Shown: piece after piece, positions 1 through 11,600 of the stretch
Position numbering within the stretch: the first letter of the stretch is position 1
How the letters are laid out: each line of letters starts with the position of its first letter
Assembly (NCBI RefSeq): GCF_964213995.1
Contig: NC_135808.1
Coordinates: 7,502,001 to 7,566,000 of the forward strand
Length of the DNA stretch: 64,000 nucleotides
From: Mustelus asterias
Taxonomy: Eukaryota
Direction of reading: 5' to 3'
Made by a program: the position numbers and the translations under genes
The notes under the pieces: generated by a model
The model's database searches: none
Told to the model about the DNA's origin: nothing
Seen by the model: the letters and a program-made list of their open reading frames with translations, nothing else

Positions 1-980
1 AGGATCTGTGGACTTGCACACCCAGGTCCCTCTGCATATCTACACCCTTTATGGTTCTGCCATTTATCGTATAGCTCCCCCGTATGTTAGTTTTACCAAA
101 ATGCATCACTTCGCATTTATCTGGATCGAACTCCATCTGCCATTTCTTTGCCCAAATTTCCAGCCTATCTATATCCTTCTGTAGCCTCTGACAATGTTCC
201 TCACTATCTGCAAGTCCAGCCATTTTCATGTCGTCCGCAAACTTACTGATCACCCCAGTTACACCTTCTTCCAGATTGTTTATATAAATCACAAACAGCA
301 GAGGTCCCAATACAGGGCCCTACGGAACACCACTAGTCACAGGCCTCCAGCCAGAAAGAGACCCTTCCACTACCACCCTCTGTCTTCTGTGACCAAGCCA
401 GTTCTCCACCCATCTAGCCACCTCCCCCTTTATCCCATGTGATCCAACCTACCATGAGGGACTTTATCAAACGCTTTATTAAAGTCCATATAGACGACAT
501 CCACGGCCCTTCCCTCGTCAACCATTCTAGTCACTTCTTCAAAAAGCTCCACCAGGTTAGTGAGGCATGACCTCCCTCTCACAAAAGCATGCTGACTATC
601 GATAATGAGTTTATTCCTTTCTAAATGTGCATACATCCTATTTCTAAGAATCCTCTCCAACAACTTCCCTACCACGGACGTCACGCTCACCGGCCTATAA
701 TTTCCCGGGTTATCCTTCCTACCCTTCTTAAATAACGGGACCACATTAGCTATCCTCCAATCCTCTGGGACCTCACCTATGTCCAGTGACGAGATGAAGA
801 TTTGCGTCAGAGGCCCAGCGATTTCATCTCTCATCTCCCTGAGCAGCCTTGGATAGATTCCATCAGGCCCTGGGGATTTGTCAGTCTTTATATTCCCTAA
901 AAAACCTAACACTTCCTCCCTTGTAATGGAGATTTTCTCTAACGGGTCAACACTCCCCACCGAGGCACTCCCAGTCAACA
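1..980 (-). mobile_element. CR1 (HER1-like) LINE, ORF2 reverse transcriptase fragment
   Basis: [37 protein letters not shown] and VYMDFNKAFDKVPH motifs. Confidence 0.93.
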
Positions 981-1140
981 CATCCTTCAGTTGGGACAGG
1001 ACATACCTAGGGACGTACCTCGGGACGTTGATGATGGTGTTTCGGCCACTGGCTGTCAGGTATGATTCCGTGAGATTGACTATGTCAGGCTGTTCCTTTA
1101 CTGTTCTGTGGGAAAGCTCTCCCAATTTCCGCACAAGGCC
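980..1140 (-). mobile_element. LINE endonuclease N-terminal fragment (different family)
   Basis: KLGELSHR..QPDIVNLTESYL resembles the start of an APE domain. Confidence 0.5.
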
Positions 1141-1599
1141 CCAGATCGAGTACAGAAGATTTCAGCAGCTACTATTTCAGCGGGCACGTAAACGTCAACC
1201 AAATTGTGGGCTGGTTCAACCAGTTACATACGGCAGATGTCCTCTTCTAAAGAACGTTTGTGAACCGGATGGAGTCTTAGAGGGCCCAATAATCTTGCAG
1301 CCACCATCACTGAGACTAACTGCTGATTCCAGACTTATTAATGCATGAAATTTAAATTCCAACAACAGATGTATTGGAATTTGAGCTCGCATCACCACCA
1401 CGCCACTCTTCTCCAAAACTCCACACTATGAATTTCGTAAGAACGGCAGTGTGGACATTAAATTTGAGGACATAATTAAAGCAGAGTCTGTTTCATACAA
1501 ACTTTTGTTTTAGTGCCTTTTCTGTTTCCAATCGTCTTGTTCAATACAATCCATAGGCCAATCAGATTCATCTCAATGGTACAGGAACTCTCCACAATG

Positions 1600-1916
1600 A
1601 TAGAACCGCAAGACTCCCTATAGTGCAGAAAGAGGATATTCAGCACATCTGCACTGACGCCCTCTCCCTAAGAGAGCATCTCACTTCCGCCCATAACCCA
1701 ACACATTTACCATGGCTAACCCACCTAACCTACACATCTCTATACACTAAAGGACAAGTTAGCAATGCCAATCCACCTCACCTGCAAATCTTTCGACTGT
1801 GGGCGAAACCCACGCAGACACAGGAGAACGTGCAAACACCACACAGACAGTTACCCAAGGCCGGAATTGAACCGGGTCCCTTGTGCTGTGAAGCAGCACT
1901 GCCACCATGCCACCCA
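1600..1916 (-). mobile_element. HE1-type V-SINE (degenerate)
   Basis: tRNA-like head, V-domain core and CR1-like tail. Confidence 0.8.
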
Positions 1917-2054
1917 TGAACTACGATAAAATTTGATCGCTTGTATAATATTGATCAATTAATTAAGGAAAGTCAGCACGGATTTAGCGAAATGAACCCG
2001 TGCTTGAGCATTTACAATTTGATGAGGTAACCAAGAGGGTTGATGGGAATAATA

Positions 2055-2352
2055 CCCTGGGAACTTTGGTTCGAATTCCATCACGACAGCTGGTGGTATT
2101 TGAATTCGATAAAAAAATATCGAGAATTAACAATCTACTGATGACCATGAAGCTATTGTCGATTGTTGGAGAAACCCATCTGGTTCACTAATGTCCTTCA
2201 GGGAAGGAAATCTGCCGTCCTTACCTAGTCTGGCCTACATGTGACTCCAGAGCCACAGCAATGTGGTTGACTCTCAACTGCCCTCGTGCAATTAGGGATG
2301 GCAACAAATGCTGGCCAGCCAGCGACGCCCAAGTCCCATGAATGAATTAAAA
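2055..2352 (+). mobile_element. SINE family 2 (tRNA-like head; GGGAAGGAAATCTGCC core)
   Basis: Closely matches copies at 43455 and 45062. Confidence 0.8.
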
Positions 2353-2944
2353 AATTGGTGTGTAACATTATTAGGTTAGGAACCAGAGCACTGATTGTTT
2401 AAACATAATCTTATTATTAGAAACTATCACTGTCTGTATTTGAATCTGTCCTTGCTAGTTGGTAAAATAAGCAAATTTAGGAATAGGGCACAGTATAGGC
2501 AGATGATAAGGCATTGCAGCCAAGGGAATAATTATGCAACATGACGAACGCTCTTTATGTAAGATACGGGATTCGAGTTTCTATGCCTCTAGAGGAAATA
2601 AGAGCTGGGAACATTGAGATAAAATACACGGGTGACGTGAAAATCGTCCTGAATGATGCTCACATGAAAGAGACCCGGTTGATGATGGAAGGTATACTCA
2701 CACACAGGGGTGAAGATGAATGGGGTAAGGCAGTCAATAATTGGATAGCCGTCAATATATAAAAGATGACCTGAGTTTGCGGTGGAGAAAGACAGGCAAT
2801 AAGCACCGATGAGGGTGGTAGAGTGGTTGAGGGAGAGATATATAGAGAGAAAGAGAGCGGCTCCAAGATGAAACCACCCAAGTTGCGAGAGGAGACATTT
2901 GTGTGCTCTACAATCTAGATCATGACATGGGTATTATGATCCAC

Positions 2945-3380
2945 ATACCAACATACAAATTAGGAGCACGAGTGGGCCATTGACTTCTCGAGCCTGCTCC
3001 ACTATTCAATAAGAGCATGACTCATCTGATTGTAACCACAACCCACATTCTTGTCTAACCCTCGATAATCTTTCCTCTACTCGTTGATCAAGATTATATA
3101 TATCTCTGCCTTAAAAAATACTCAAAGACTGCTTCCACTGCCTTTTGCAAGAGTTCCAGAGACTCACGACCCTATGAGAGAAAACAAATTCTCCTCACCT
3201 CTGCCTTAAATAGGCGATCTATAACTATTAAGTTGTGATCCTCTACTAGATTCTCCAACAAGAGGAAACATCCTCTCCACATCCACCATGTCAGAACCGC
3301 TCAGGGTCTTAAAGCTTTGATTCAAGTTACTTCTTACTCTTCTAAACTGTCGTGGATACAAACTTAACCTCTCCAAACTT
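2945..3380 (-). mobile_element. CR1 LINE 3' fragment
   Basis: CR1 ORF2 C-terminus and 3'UTR pattern shared with the 6850 and 34518 copies. Confidence 0.7.
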
Positions 3381-3409
3381 TATGCATGATGAACTGTAAA
3401 TCACAGCCC

Positions 3410-3680
3410 AGGTTTTTTATATTTAATCTGTCGGGGACTTGGGCTTCGTTGGCGAGGCCCAGTATTTATCGTCAATCCCTGTTGGCATTCAGAAGGTAAT
3501 GGTGAGCTGCCTTCTTGAATCGCTGCAGCCCCTGAGGTGTAAGCCCACAGTGCTGTCAGAAAGGGAGCTCCAGGATTTTGACCCAACGACAGTGAAGGAA
3601 CGTCCGATATATTTTCAAATCAGAATGGTGAGTGACTTGGAGGGGGACTTGCAATTTGTGTTATCCATGTGGTTGCTTCA
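3410..3680 (-). mobile_element. LINE 3' fragment (family sharing its tail with SINE family 2)
   Basis: Reverse complement of sequence at about 31060-31300. Confidence 0.7.
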
Positions 3681-3764
3681 CAACATGATTCACAAAAAGC
3701 TTTGCTCACAAGTAGGTTCCTGCGTTAAAATGGTGTTAAACATCTAAATCCTTACACTTATTTT

Positions 3765-4205
3765 AGGGAAAGCAATGGCCTAATGGCATTATCCCGAGAC
3801 TGTTAATCCAGAAACTCAGCTAATGTTCTGCTGGCCCGGTTTGGAATCCTGCAACGGCAGATGGTGGAACTAGAATTCAATAAAAAAATATCTGGAATTA
3901 AGAATCTACTGGTGACCTCAGAATTGGCTACTCATTTCCCTCAGAAATCATAGAATCATAGAATCCTATAGAGGCCATTCGGCCCATCGTGTCTGCACCG
4001 AACTCAATCCCACGCACGCCCTATCCACATAACCATATGCATTTACCCTAGCTAATCCCCCTGACACTGAGGGACAACTTAGCATGCCTAGCAAGAAACT
4101 CAGTTGTATCAAGCGCTAACTGCAGCGTTTCAAGACGGCAGCTCACTACCAACTTCTCAAGGGCAATAAATGCTGGCCAGCCAACGACGTCCATATCCCA
4201 CAAAT
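3765..4205 (+). mobile_element. SINE family 2 copy interrupted by an HE1 3' fragment (about 3945-4090, minus)
   Basis: Family-2 head at 3765 and tail at about 4100-4205 flank an HE1 tail. Confidence 0.7.
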
Positions 4206-4339
4206 TAACAAAATATACTTTCCTGCCTATAAGATTTGAGAAGTCGCCTGACGAGCAACGGGAGACTGATGTAATTTATGTTTCCTTTTCAGATTATGTG
4301 TTCGTATGTTGTGTTTAGTCCGATTCACCTTCTTATCGA

Positions 4340-4440
4340 GCGGAGGCGGGAACATCCAAATTCGGACAGGACTCAGACGTTTGGCGCATGTGCGGCCCTG
4401 AGGGCGGCGCATGCGCACTCGGCAGTTTAAAAAACCGGCC
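4340..4440. promoter_or_regulatory. CpG-rich patch with two NRF1-type motifs and GC boxes
   Basis: GCGCATGTGC 4384-4393, GCGCATGCGCA 4407-4417, GAGGCGGG and AGGGCGGC. Confidence 0.45.
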
Positions 4441-5184
4441 ATTATGACAATGGTGTATAAAGAAAACGAAACTTTTAGAATTGTGGCTTCTTTGGAGAGG
4501 TGGCCCTCCTTAAATTTCGATGAAATGCCTTGGGTCATTTCCTAGGTTGATGCCGCTGCATAAAAGCACTGTGTTGGTCTCAACCGAATTTAATTTTGCA
4601 ATTATTTCAAATCAATACAACGTGTTACCTGCAACATTTAACAATTATTTCACTAAGACATCCATTTAATGCCGCAAAATTCCGTAGATTCGTGAGTAAG
4701 TAGCATACAATTCCTACATTGAAACAACTATGACGCATGATGTCAAATGGCGAAGTAACAAAAAGAAGTCAAATATGGTGAAACATATAATCATACGCAA
4801 TCATTATAAAATGCATGGTCAAACGGCAAGCTTGGGACATTCTTGGCAAGTAGTTTCAAGCATTGCTCCATCCCTGAACATCCTCGAGAGAATACACCAG
4901 CACAGAAAGAATAGGATCTGCATCCCCCTTGAGGCCAGCAGGAGGCAGAAGTGAAGGCGACACGGATGTTATGATACCCTTTGATAATATCGTCACCAAC
5001 AGTTCAGTCATTCGAATTATTAATATTTGTCCAAACATTTGCCCCATCAATTGTCTCGAACTGTTCGATTTGGATTTTGATTGATATAGAGTACACTTTA
5101 AGCTAAGTATTTCAGGAGCGTCTCATTGTCCCTCAGAAGGTTTGTTGTTTCGATCTGATTCCAAACGCGTTGCGGCCCCAATAT

Positions 5185-5390
5185 GAAACACAAACAGAAA
5201 AATGATGGAAATCCCCAGTAGGTCTGACAACATCGGTGGAGAGACATAAAACCAACGTTTGTGGTCAAGGATGCCTGACTCGAAACGTTGGCTCTATTCC
5301 CTCTCGACAGATGCTGCCAGACCTGCTGAGATTTTCCAACATTTCTGTTTTTGTTTCAAATTCCAGCATCCGCAGTATTTTGCTTTTATC
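5185..5390. mobile_element. Palindromic Penelope-derived element
   Basis: Inverted arms AAACAGAAAAATGATGGAAATCCCCAGTAGGTCTGACAACATC / GATGCTGCCAGACCTGCTGAGATTTTCCAACATTTCTGTTTT. A related copy lies at 23150-23380. Confidence 0.6.
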
Positions 5391-5568
5391 TATAGCGACC
5401 CCATTACATTTTATGTTTAAAGAAGGAAAAATGAAAATTAGTCACTCCATCAAAATTGTAATGCCTTTATGTTAGCTTGTAGAAACGTTCTCTGCATTTA
5501 AAGATTATTGACTGGCTCAATCTTGATTGGTCAGCTATGGATCCATGTGCTGCTATGTTCCCAACACG

Positions 5569-5606
5569 TCAGTAGCTGTTAGACGAAGCAGAAAGTATCC
5601 TATTTC
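5569..5606 (-). CDS. Gene A candidate terminal coding exon, short cytoplasmic tail [12 protein letters not shown]
   Basis: Very strong acceptor ttttttacttttcctttcctaacag in non-repeat DNA. Phase-1 join to the TM exon gives 12 aa then TGA (5571-5569). Confidence 0.55.
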
Positions 5607-8600
5607 CTGTTAGGAAAGGAAAAGTAAAAAATGTGATTATTTCCGTGGCAATTTTCGTAAGTAGTATTGAAGGTTAGCCATTTTCTTTATTTCAGACCTG
5701 GGCCGGGATTTTCGGGATGGCAGGGTTTATCTTCCACCATCCGAGGAGCCGTTATGGAACATGTCCCTGCTGATACTGCCTGTCAGGCAGCCATTTAATG
5801 CTCCAACAAGCGTTTTATTGGGGAGGAAATCGCACCTCAGTGAACTGCCGGTGATCTGCAGTCCTGCAGTTCCAGAAGCTGCAGTGGACAGAACTGGTAC
5901 TGCAGGCAACCGCCGAAGTCTCATCTCGGGAGTGACATGCAGTCATAGCATTTTATGGTACAAAAAGCAGCCCTTCAGCCCACCGTGTCTGCGCTGGCCA
6001 TCAAGCACTTATCTATTCTAACCCCATGTTCCTGCACTTGGTCCGTAGTTTTCTATACTATGACGTTTCAAGTGCTCATCTGCATGTTTCTTAAATGTTT
6101 TGAGTGTTCCATCATGTGCCATGCGTTCAGGCACTGGGTTCCAGATTCACAGCAGCCTCTGGGAGAAAAAGAAAATTCTCAAATCTTCTCTAAATCTCAT
6201 GTCCCTTACCTTAACTCTATGCCCTCTTTATGGACCCCTCTTCTGACGGAAAAAAAGTTCCTTCCTATCCACCCAATCTATGTTTCACATAATTTTGTAC
6301 CCTTCGATCAGGTCCCCGCTCAGCCTTCTCTGCTCCAAGGGAAGCAACCCCAGCCGAAACAGCCTCCCTTCATAGCTGAAACTCTCCAACTCAGCCCACA
6401 CTCTGGTGAATCTCCTGTGCACCCTCTCTAGTGTAATGATATCCTTCCTATAGTGCGGCGACCAGATCTGCGCACAGTTATCTAGCTGTGGCCAAGCACA
6501 TCAATAATAGTCTCCATGCGCTTTCGTTCTGAGCCTCCGCTAACAAAGTGCAGGACCAGGTAAGTGTAGATATCTCAGGACAGAATGGGGATTTTGAATC
6601 CGAGGGAGACGGCCAGGGGTGGGTGAGGTTGTCAGTCAAGAGACGGTGGGAGAGTGGGGTGCAGGGGAGGGGGAGGACCTGCAGGGAGTAAACATAAATT
6701 GGGAGGCAGGACGGACGCCTGTTGTCAAAAGGAGGCGGCTAATGGAGGCCTCCACCTTATCCCTTTCCTGCCAGCGTCCTGAACATAGTTCATTATCGAA
6801 CTTGCCCCTTTGCTCTTGGTTGCTCATAATTTGTATTTTTAATAAGGCTATAACATATAAGAGCAGAATTAGGTCGTTCGGCCCATTGAGTCTGCTGCGC
6901 CATTCAATCATGGCTGACATGATCCTCATCCCCATTTTCCTGCCTTCACCCGTAACTCTTGATCCCCTTATTGATCAAGATTCCATCTATTTCTGTCTTA
7001 AAGGCACTCACGAACCTGGCCTCCTCTGCAGCAATGAGTTCCACAGCATCCTCTGACTGAAGAAATTCCTCCTCATCTCAGTTTTAAAGAAACGTCCCTT
7101 CACTCTGAGGTTGTGCCCTCGAGTTCTAGTCTCTCCCACTAGTGGAAACATCCTCTCCACGTCCACTCTATCCAGGCCTCTCAGTATTCTGTAAGTTTCA
7201 ATTAGATCCCCCTCATCTTTCTAAACTCTATCGGGTCCAGAGCCAGACCCCTCAACCGCTCCTCATATGACAAGCCCTTCATTCCTGGGATGTTAATCCA
7301 AGTTACATCAATGGTACAAAAACGGATCACTGCAGCAGGGAAGTGCGTACGGGAATATAACGCAGAATCTTCAGTCTCCCTATAGCAACAGTGAAGCAGC
7401 AACAACCAGCACAGTGCCAAACCACCATCAGTACTGAGCTTGTTAAAAGCACAAAAGTAAACCGGCCAAGGCATGAAACAAAATGCTTCCCTTCTCATCG
7501 GGGGCATTGGTCACAATGAAAATGAGCGCTGTTTGGTTCTGGCGTATCATTGCTCTGTATTTTAGTTAATTTGCTTTACCAGCCTTGCTGTTCCGTCCTT
7601 AATGCTGTTCAAGTTACTCACTTGTAAGCGGTCCCCCTCTTTAACTTAAAGTGAAACGTCTGCAACATGCCTATTCGCTATCACACTCGCAATCTGTTGC
7701 TTCCAATCAGCATACTGCGGTAGCAAATTGAAAGAGACGCCCTCGTATTGGACCAGAGTGAGAGACACGGAGATGAGAAACCGGATGACGTCCGGATCGG
7801 GAGGCACAGAAAATTGAGACAAGGTGGGAAACGGCTCAATAATTGGCTACCTAATGACCTCAATTAAAGCTAGGCTAGGACTCGCCCCCTCCACAGAGAA
7901 AAATTGCTGCACTTCAGTCCCACGCTCCTGATCGACGGACACCCGGTGCGGAGAGGGGAGGGTCGGGATGGCGACCTCCTCGTGAACCTGCTCCTGGGCC
8001 TGGCGAAACGCGCCATTTACCGGTCCAGGCTGCGGGCGATCGAGGGGGCCGTCCATCCTGACTGTCTGCCCCTCTACCGCGGCTACGTTCGCGGCCAGGT
8101 GTCCCTGGAGAGGGAGCATGCGGTGTCCACGGGCGCGGTTGACGCTTTCCGCGCCCGCTGGGCACCGCAGGGGTTGGCGTGCATTATTGACCCCAATAAT
8201 CACATTTTAATTTGATGTTTTTAAGTTTCCTTTGTACTTTGATTTCTGTTCGGGCTGTTCCCCCTCCTTTTTGGGGAGCTGCCCCTTTTACTTTGTCCTG
8301 ATTTAATCTGAGTTTGTTTACTTGGTTTGGTTAGACCTAAAAAGAGGACAGAGAAAAATTGCGGAGGGACCATGAAGAATGCAACGTGACAAATAAGCAA
8401 ATAAGCTCACTCTTTGCTGAGAGTGCTCCCTACATACGAATGTACATCATTTCAAGTAAACACTACGAGTAAGGATAACCAATCGAGCTCCTAGCATGGC
8501 TCCGTTAAGCTTACTGCAAGTGCCATACATTCATAAATAGGAACCCATTCTCTGCAAAGAAACTAAACATGTTCAAGCCTTGCACATTTATTTTGGATAC

Positions 8601-11600
8601 CGGCGAGCTTGCTTCGCCTCTATTTCACGCTGCTTTCTCCATGCCAACGTTTTGGCCAATCGGAGTCGACTTTCCAACTAATGAGCACTCCTTTTCTCCT
8701 GTCTTTTCAAATATATAGTTGATTGCTTGCAGAATGGTGTAACATCATACCTGTGTAAGTCGTTGTCAATGTTCACATCTTCTATTTCAAAATCCTTCTT
8801 AAATTGAAAAACAATCTAATTATTTTATAGACTTTTGTTAACAAAGACTTGTTTAAATATATTCAGGAAGTTCCGGAAATACGCTTTACCGTGTATGTGG
8901 AATCCACTCGAGAGCCAGTTTTATTCTGTGAGAAATCTATCGTGAAGTAATAAACTTGAATAATTAAACGCCCAAAGAATTTATTAAGAGTTCTGTAATG
9001 TCACATGTCCATCTACTTGATATGTTTTCCGGTTATATTAACTGTCTGTCATCACTCTACCTTTCTATCCATACACCTAAACAATTATCTCTCTGTCCAC
9101 CTATCTTTCTATACACGTACCTCTCCAATTTACAAATTTCTGGCTGTTAATTGCAAAAGATATCAACGGCATTTCTCAAGAAGGAAATTTAACCCCAACA
9201 ATATGCGTACATGACTGTCCCACTCATAGACAGAAACGGATCTTTCATTAGATGATGATCTGATTGTTAACTTGTAGAATCATAGAGTCCTAAAGAACAG
9301 AAAGAGGCAATTCGGCCCAACAAGTCTGCACCGAACACAATCCCACCCAGGCCCTATCCCCATAACCCCGTGTATTTACTCTAGCTAGCCCGCCTAAAAG
9401 TAAGGGGCAATTTAGCATGGCAATCCACCTAACCCGCACATCTTTGGCCTATGGGAGGAAACTGAAGCACCCGGAGACACGGAGACATGGGGAGAACGTG
9501 CAAACTCCACACAGACAGAGACCCAGCCGAGAATCGAACCAGGTCCCAGGCGTTGTGAGGCAGCAATGCTAACCACTGTGCCACCATGCCGCCCCATGCC
9601 ACGTGCTAGATCTGCGATTGATAGCCTTGTGCTCAATGTATTGTAAGTTGGCAATGTTTGCCAATATCAAAATGGAGGTCAAGTTACTCTGGTTGTAATA
9701 TTTTGTGGCATCAAAATAATTCTTAAAACATGGACGATTGTAAATGTTGACGTTTACTAAAAGGAAATGCGATGTAAAAATAGGTATCTTTTGCAGCTGC
9801 AGCACCTTGGTGAAACTGCATCTGGAGGACGACACGAAGATTGCTGGAGTTGCGGATAGTGATGAACATTGTCAGAGAATACAGCAGGCTATAGATAGGC
9901 TGGAACAGTGGGCGGAGAAATGGCAGATGGAATTTAATCCAGATAAATGGGAAGTGATGCATTTCGGTCGATCTAATATCAGGGGAAGCTATACAATAAA
10001 TGGCAGAACCATCAGGAGTATAGGCACACAGAGGGACCTTGGTGCACAAGTCCACAGATCCTTAAGGGTGGCAGCACAGGTGGAGAGGGTGGTGAAGAAG
10101 GCATATGGCATGCTTGCCTTTATTGGACGGGGCATAGAATATAAAAGTTGGCATATGATGTTGCAGCTGTTTAGAACAATGGTTAGGCCACATTTGGAAT
10201 ACTGCGTCCAGTTCTGGTCGCCACACTACCAGAAGGACGTGGAGGCTTTGGAGAGAGTACAGAGAAGGTTTACCAGGATGTTGCCTGGTATGGAGGGGCT
10301 TAGCTATGAGGAGAGATTGGGTAAACTGGGGTTGTTCTCCCTGGAAATATGGAGGATGAGGGACGACCTAATAGAGGTGTATAAAATTATGAAGGGCATA
10401 GATAGGGTAAACAGTGGGAAGCTTTTTCCCAGGTCGGAGGTGACGAAACGAACACAAGGGGTCACGAGTTCAATGTGAGGGGGGCAAGGTTCAACACAGA
10501 TGTCAGGGGGACGTATTTTACACAGAGGGTGGTGGGGGCCTGGAATGCACTGTCAAGCAAGGTGATTGAGGCGGACACGCTGGGATCGTTTAAGACTTAC
10601 CTAGATAGCCACATGAACAGACTGGGAATAGAGGGATACCAAAGAATGGTCTAGTGGGCACATGAGCGGCGCAGGCTTGGAGGGCCGAAGGGCCTATTCC
10701 TGTTCTGTATTGTTCTTTGTTTGTTCTCTTTGTTTATTTTGTTCAGTTTTGGACTCTGTTTCGTAAAAAAATACCACTGCATTAGAAACTCGAAGCATTC
10801 CTGGTAGTAACGGCTTATCTTATAACGAAAGGTTAAACACGTTGGACCTATACACGAAGCGGACTTAATGGGATCAATGCAGAAGATGTTTCCTCGTGTT
10901 CTGGATAGAAGAAATAGGGGACATAATTTAAGATTAAGAGGTCTCCCAATTACAAAGGGATGAGGAGGGATTTTGTTTATCATCTCAGAGGGCCGTTAGC
11001 GTGTGAAATTCTCTTCCCCAGAAACCAGTGAACGCTGGGCCATTGAATTTAGTCAAAGTTGAGTTAGACAGATTTTTGACAGGCAAGGGAATACTGGGTA
11101 ATGGGAGGCAGGCGGGAAGGCAGAGTTGAGGCCACAATCTGAAGAATCATGATCTTAATCAATGGCGGAGCAGGTTCGATTGGGCCGAGTGACGGACTCC
11201 CGCAGCTAATGTCATTGTTCCAATGTTCCTAAGTGCTGCTTTCTGTTTTAAAACAGTGGCGAGGAATAGATTTATTCACTATATGTTAGTCAATCTAACA
11301 TTTCTGATGAGGAAACGACTACACAATATTGCCAAGGACAAGGAGGTAACCATGTATCGACGATGCATATGACAACGATTTAAAGGAACCAGTTTGGAGA
11401 GTGCTCGCATTCTACTTACAAGAATACATACCCTTACATTTCCATTTCAGGTTGCTTGCTACTATTATCGTGGGTAGCAAGATAATTAGTATAATAACTA
11501 GCAAGATTATTGTTTTCCACAGTGCAGATATGAAAGTGGTCGGGCAATTTGAATCCTTTATCCTCTCTGAAATGATAAAAAGAAGACAGTGTTTCTGCTT

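Noticed and set aside
7202-7507. ORF with a hydrophobic stretch ([12 protein letters not shown]) as a TM exon
   Set aside because: No phase-compatible splice sites, and it runs into a CR1 fragment. The better-supported TM exon is 11432-11566.
8751-8800. Alternative cytoplasmic exon for gene A ([10 protein letters not shown].. with donor gtatga, or EGF* from an upstream acceptor)
   Set aside because: Acceptors are weaker than the one at 5607 and cannot be resolved without RNA data. Every version still gives a short tail with no Tyr motif, so the activating-type call is unchanged.
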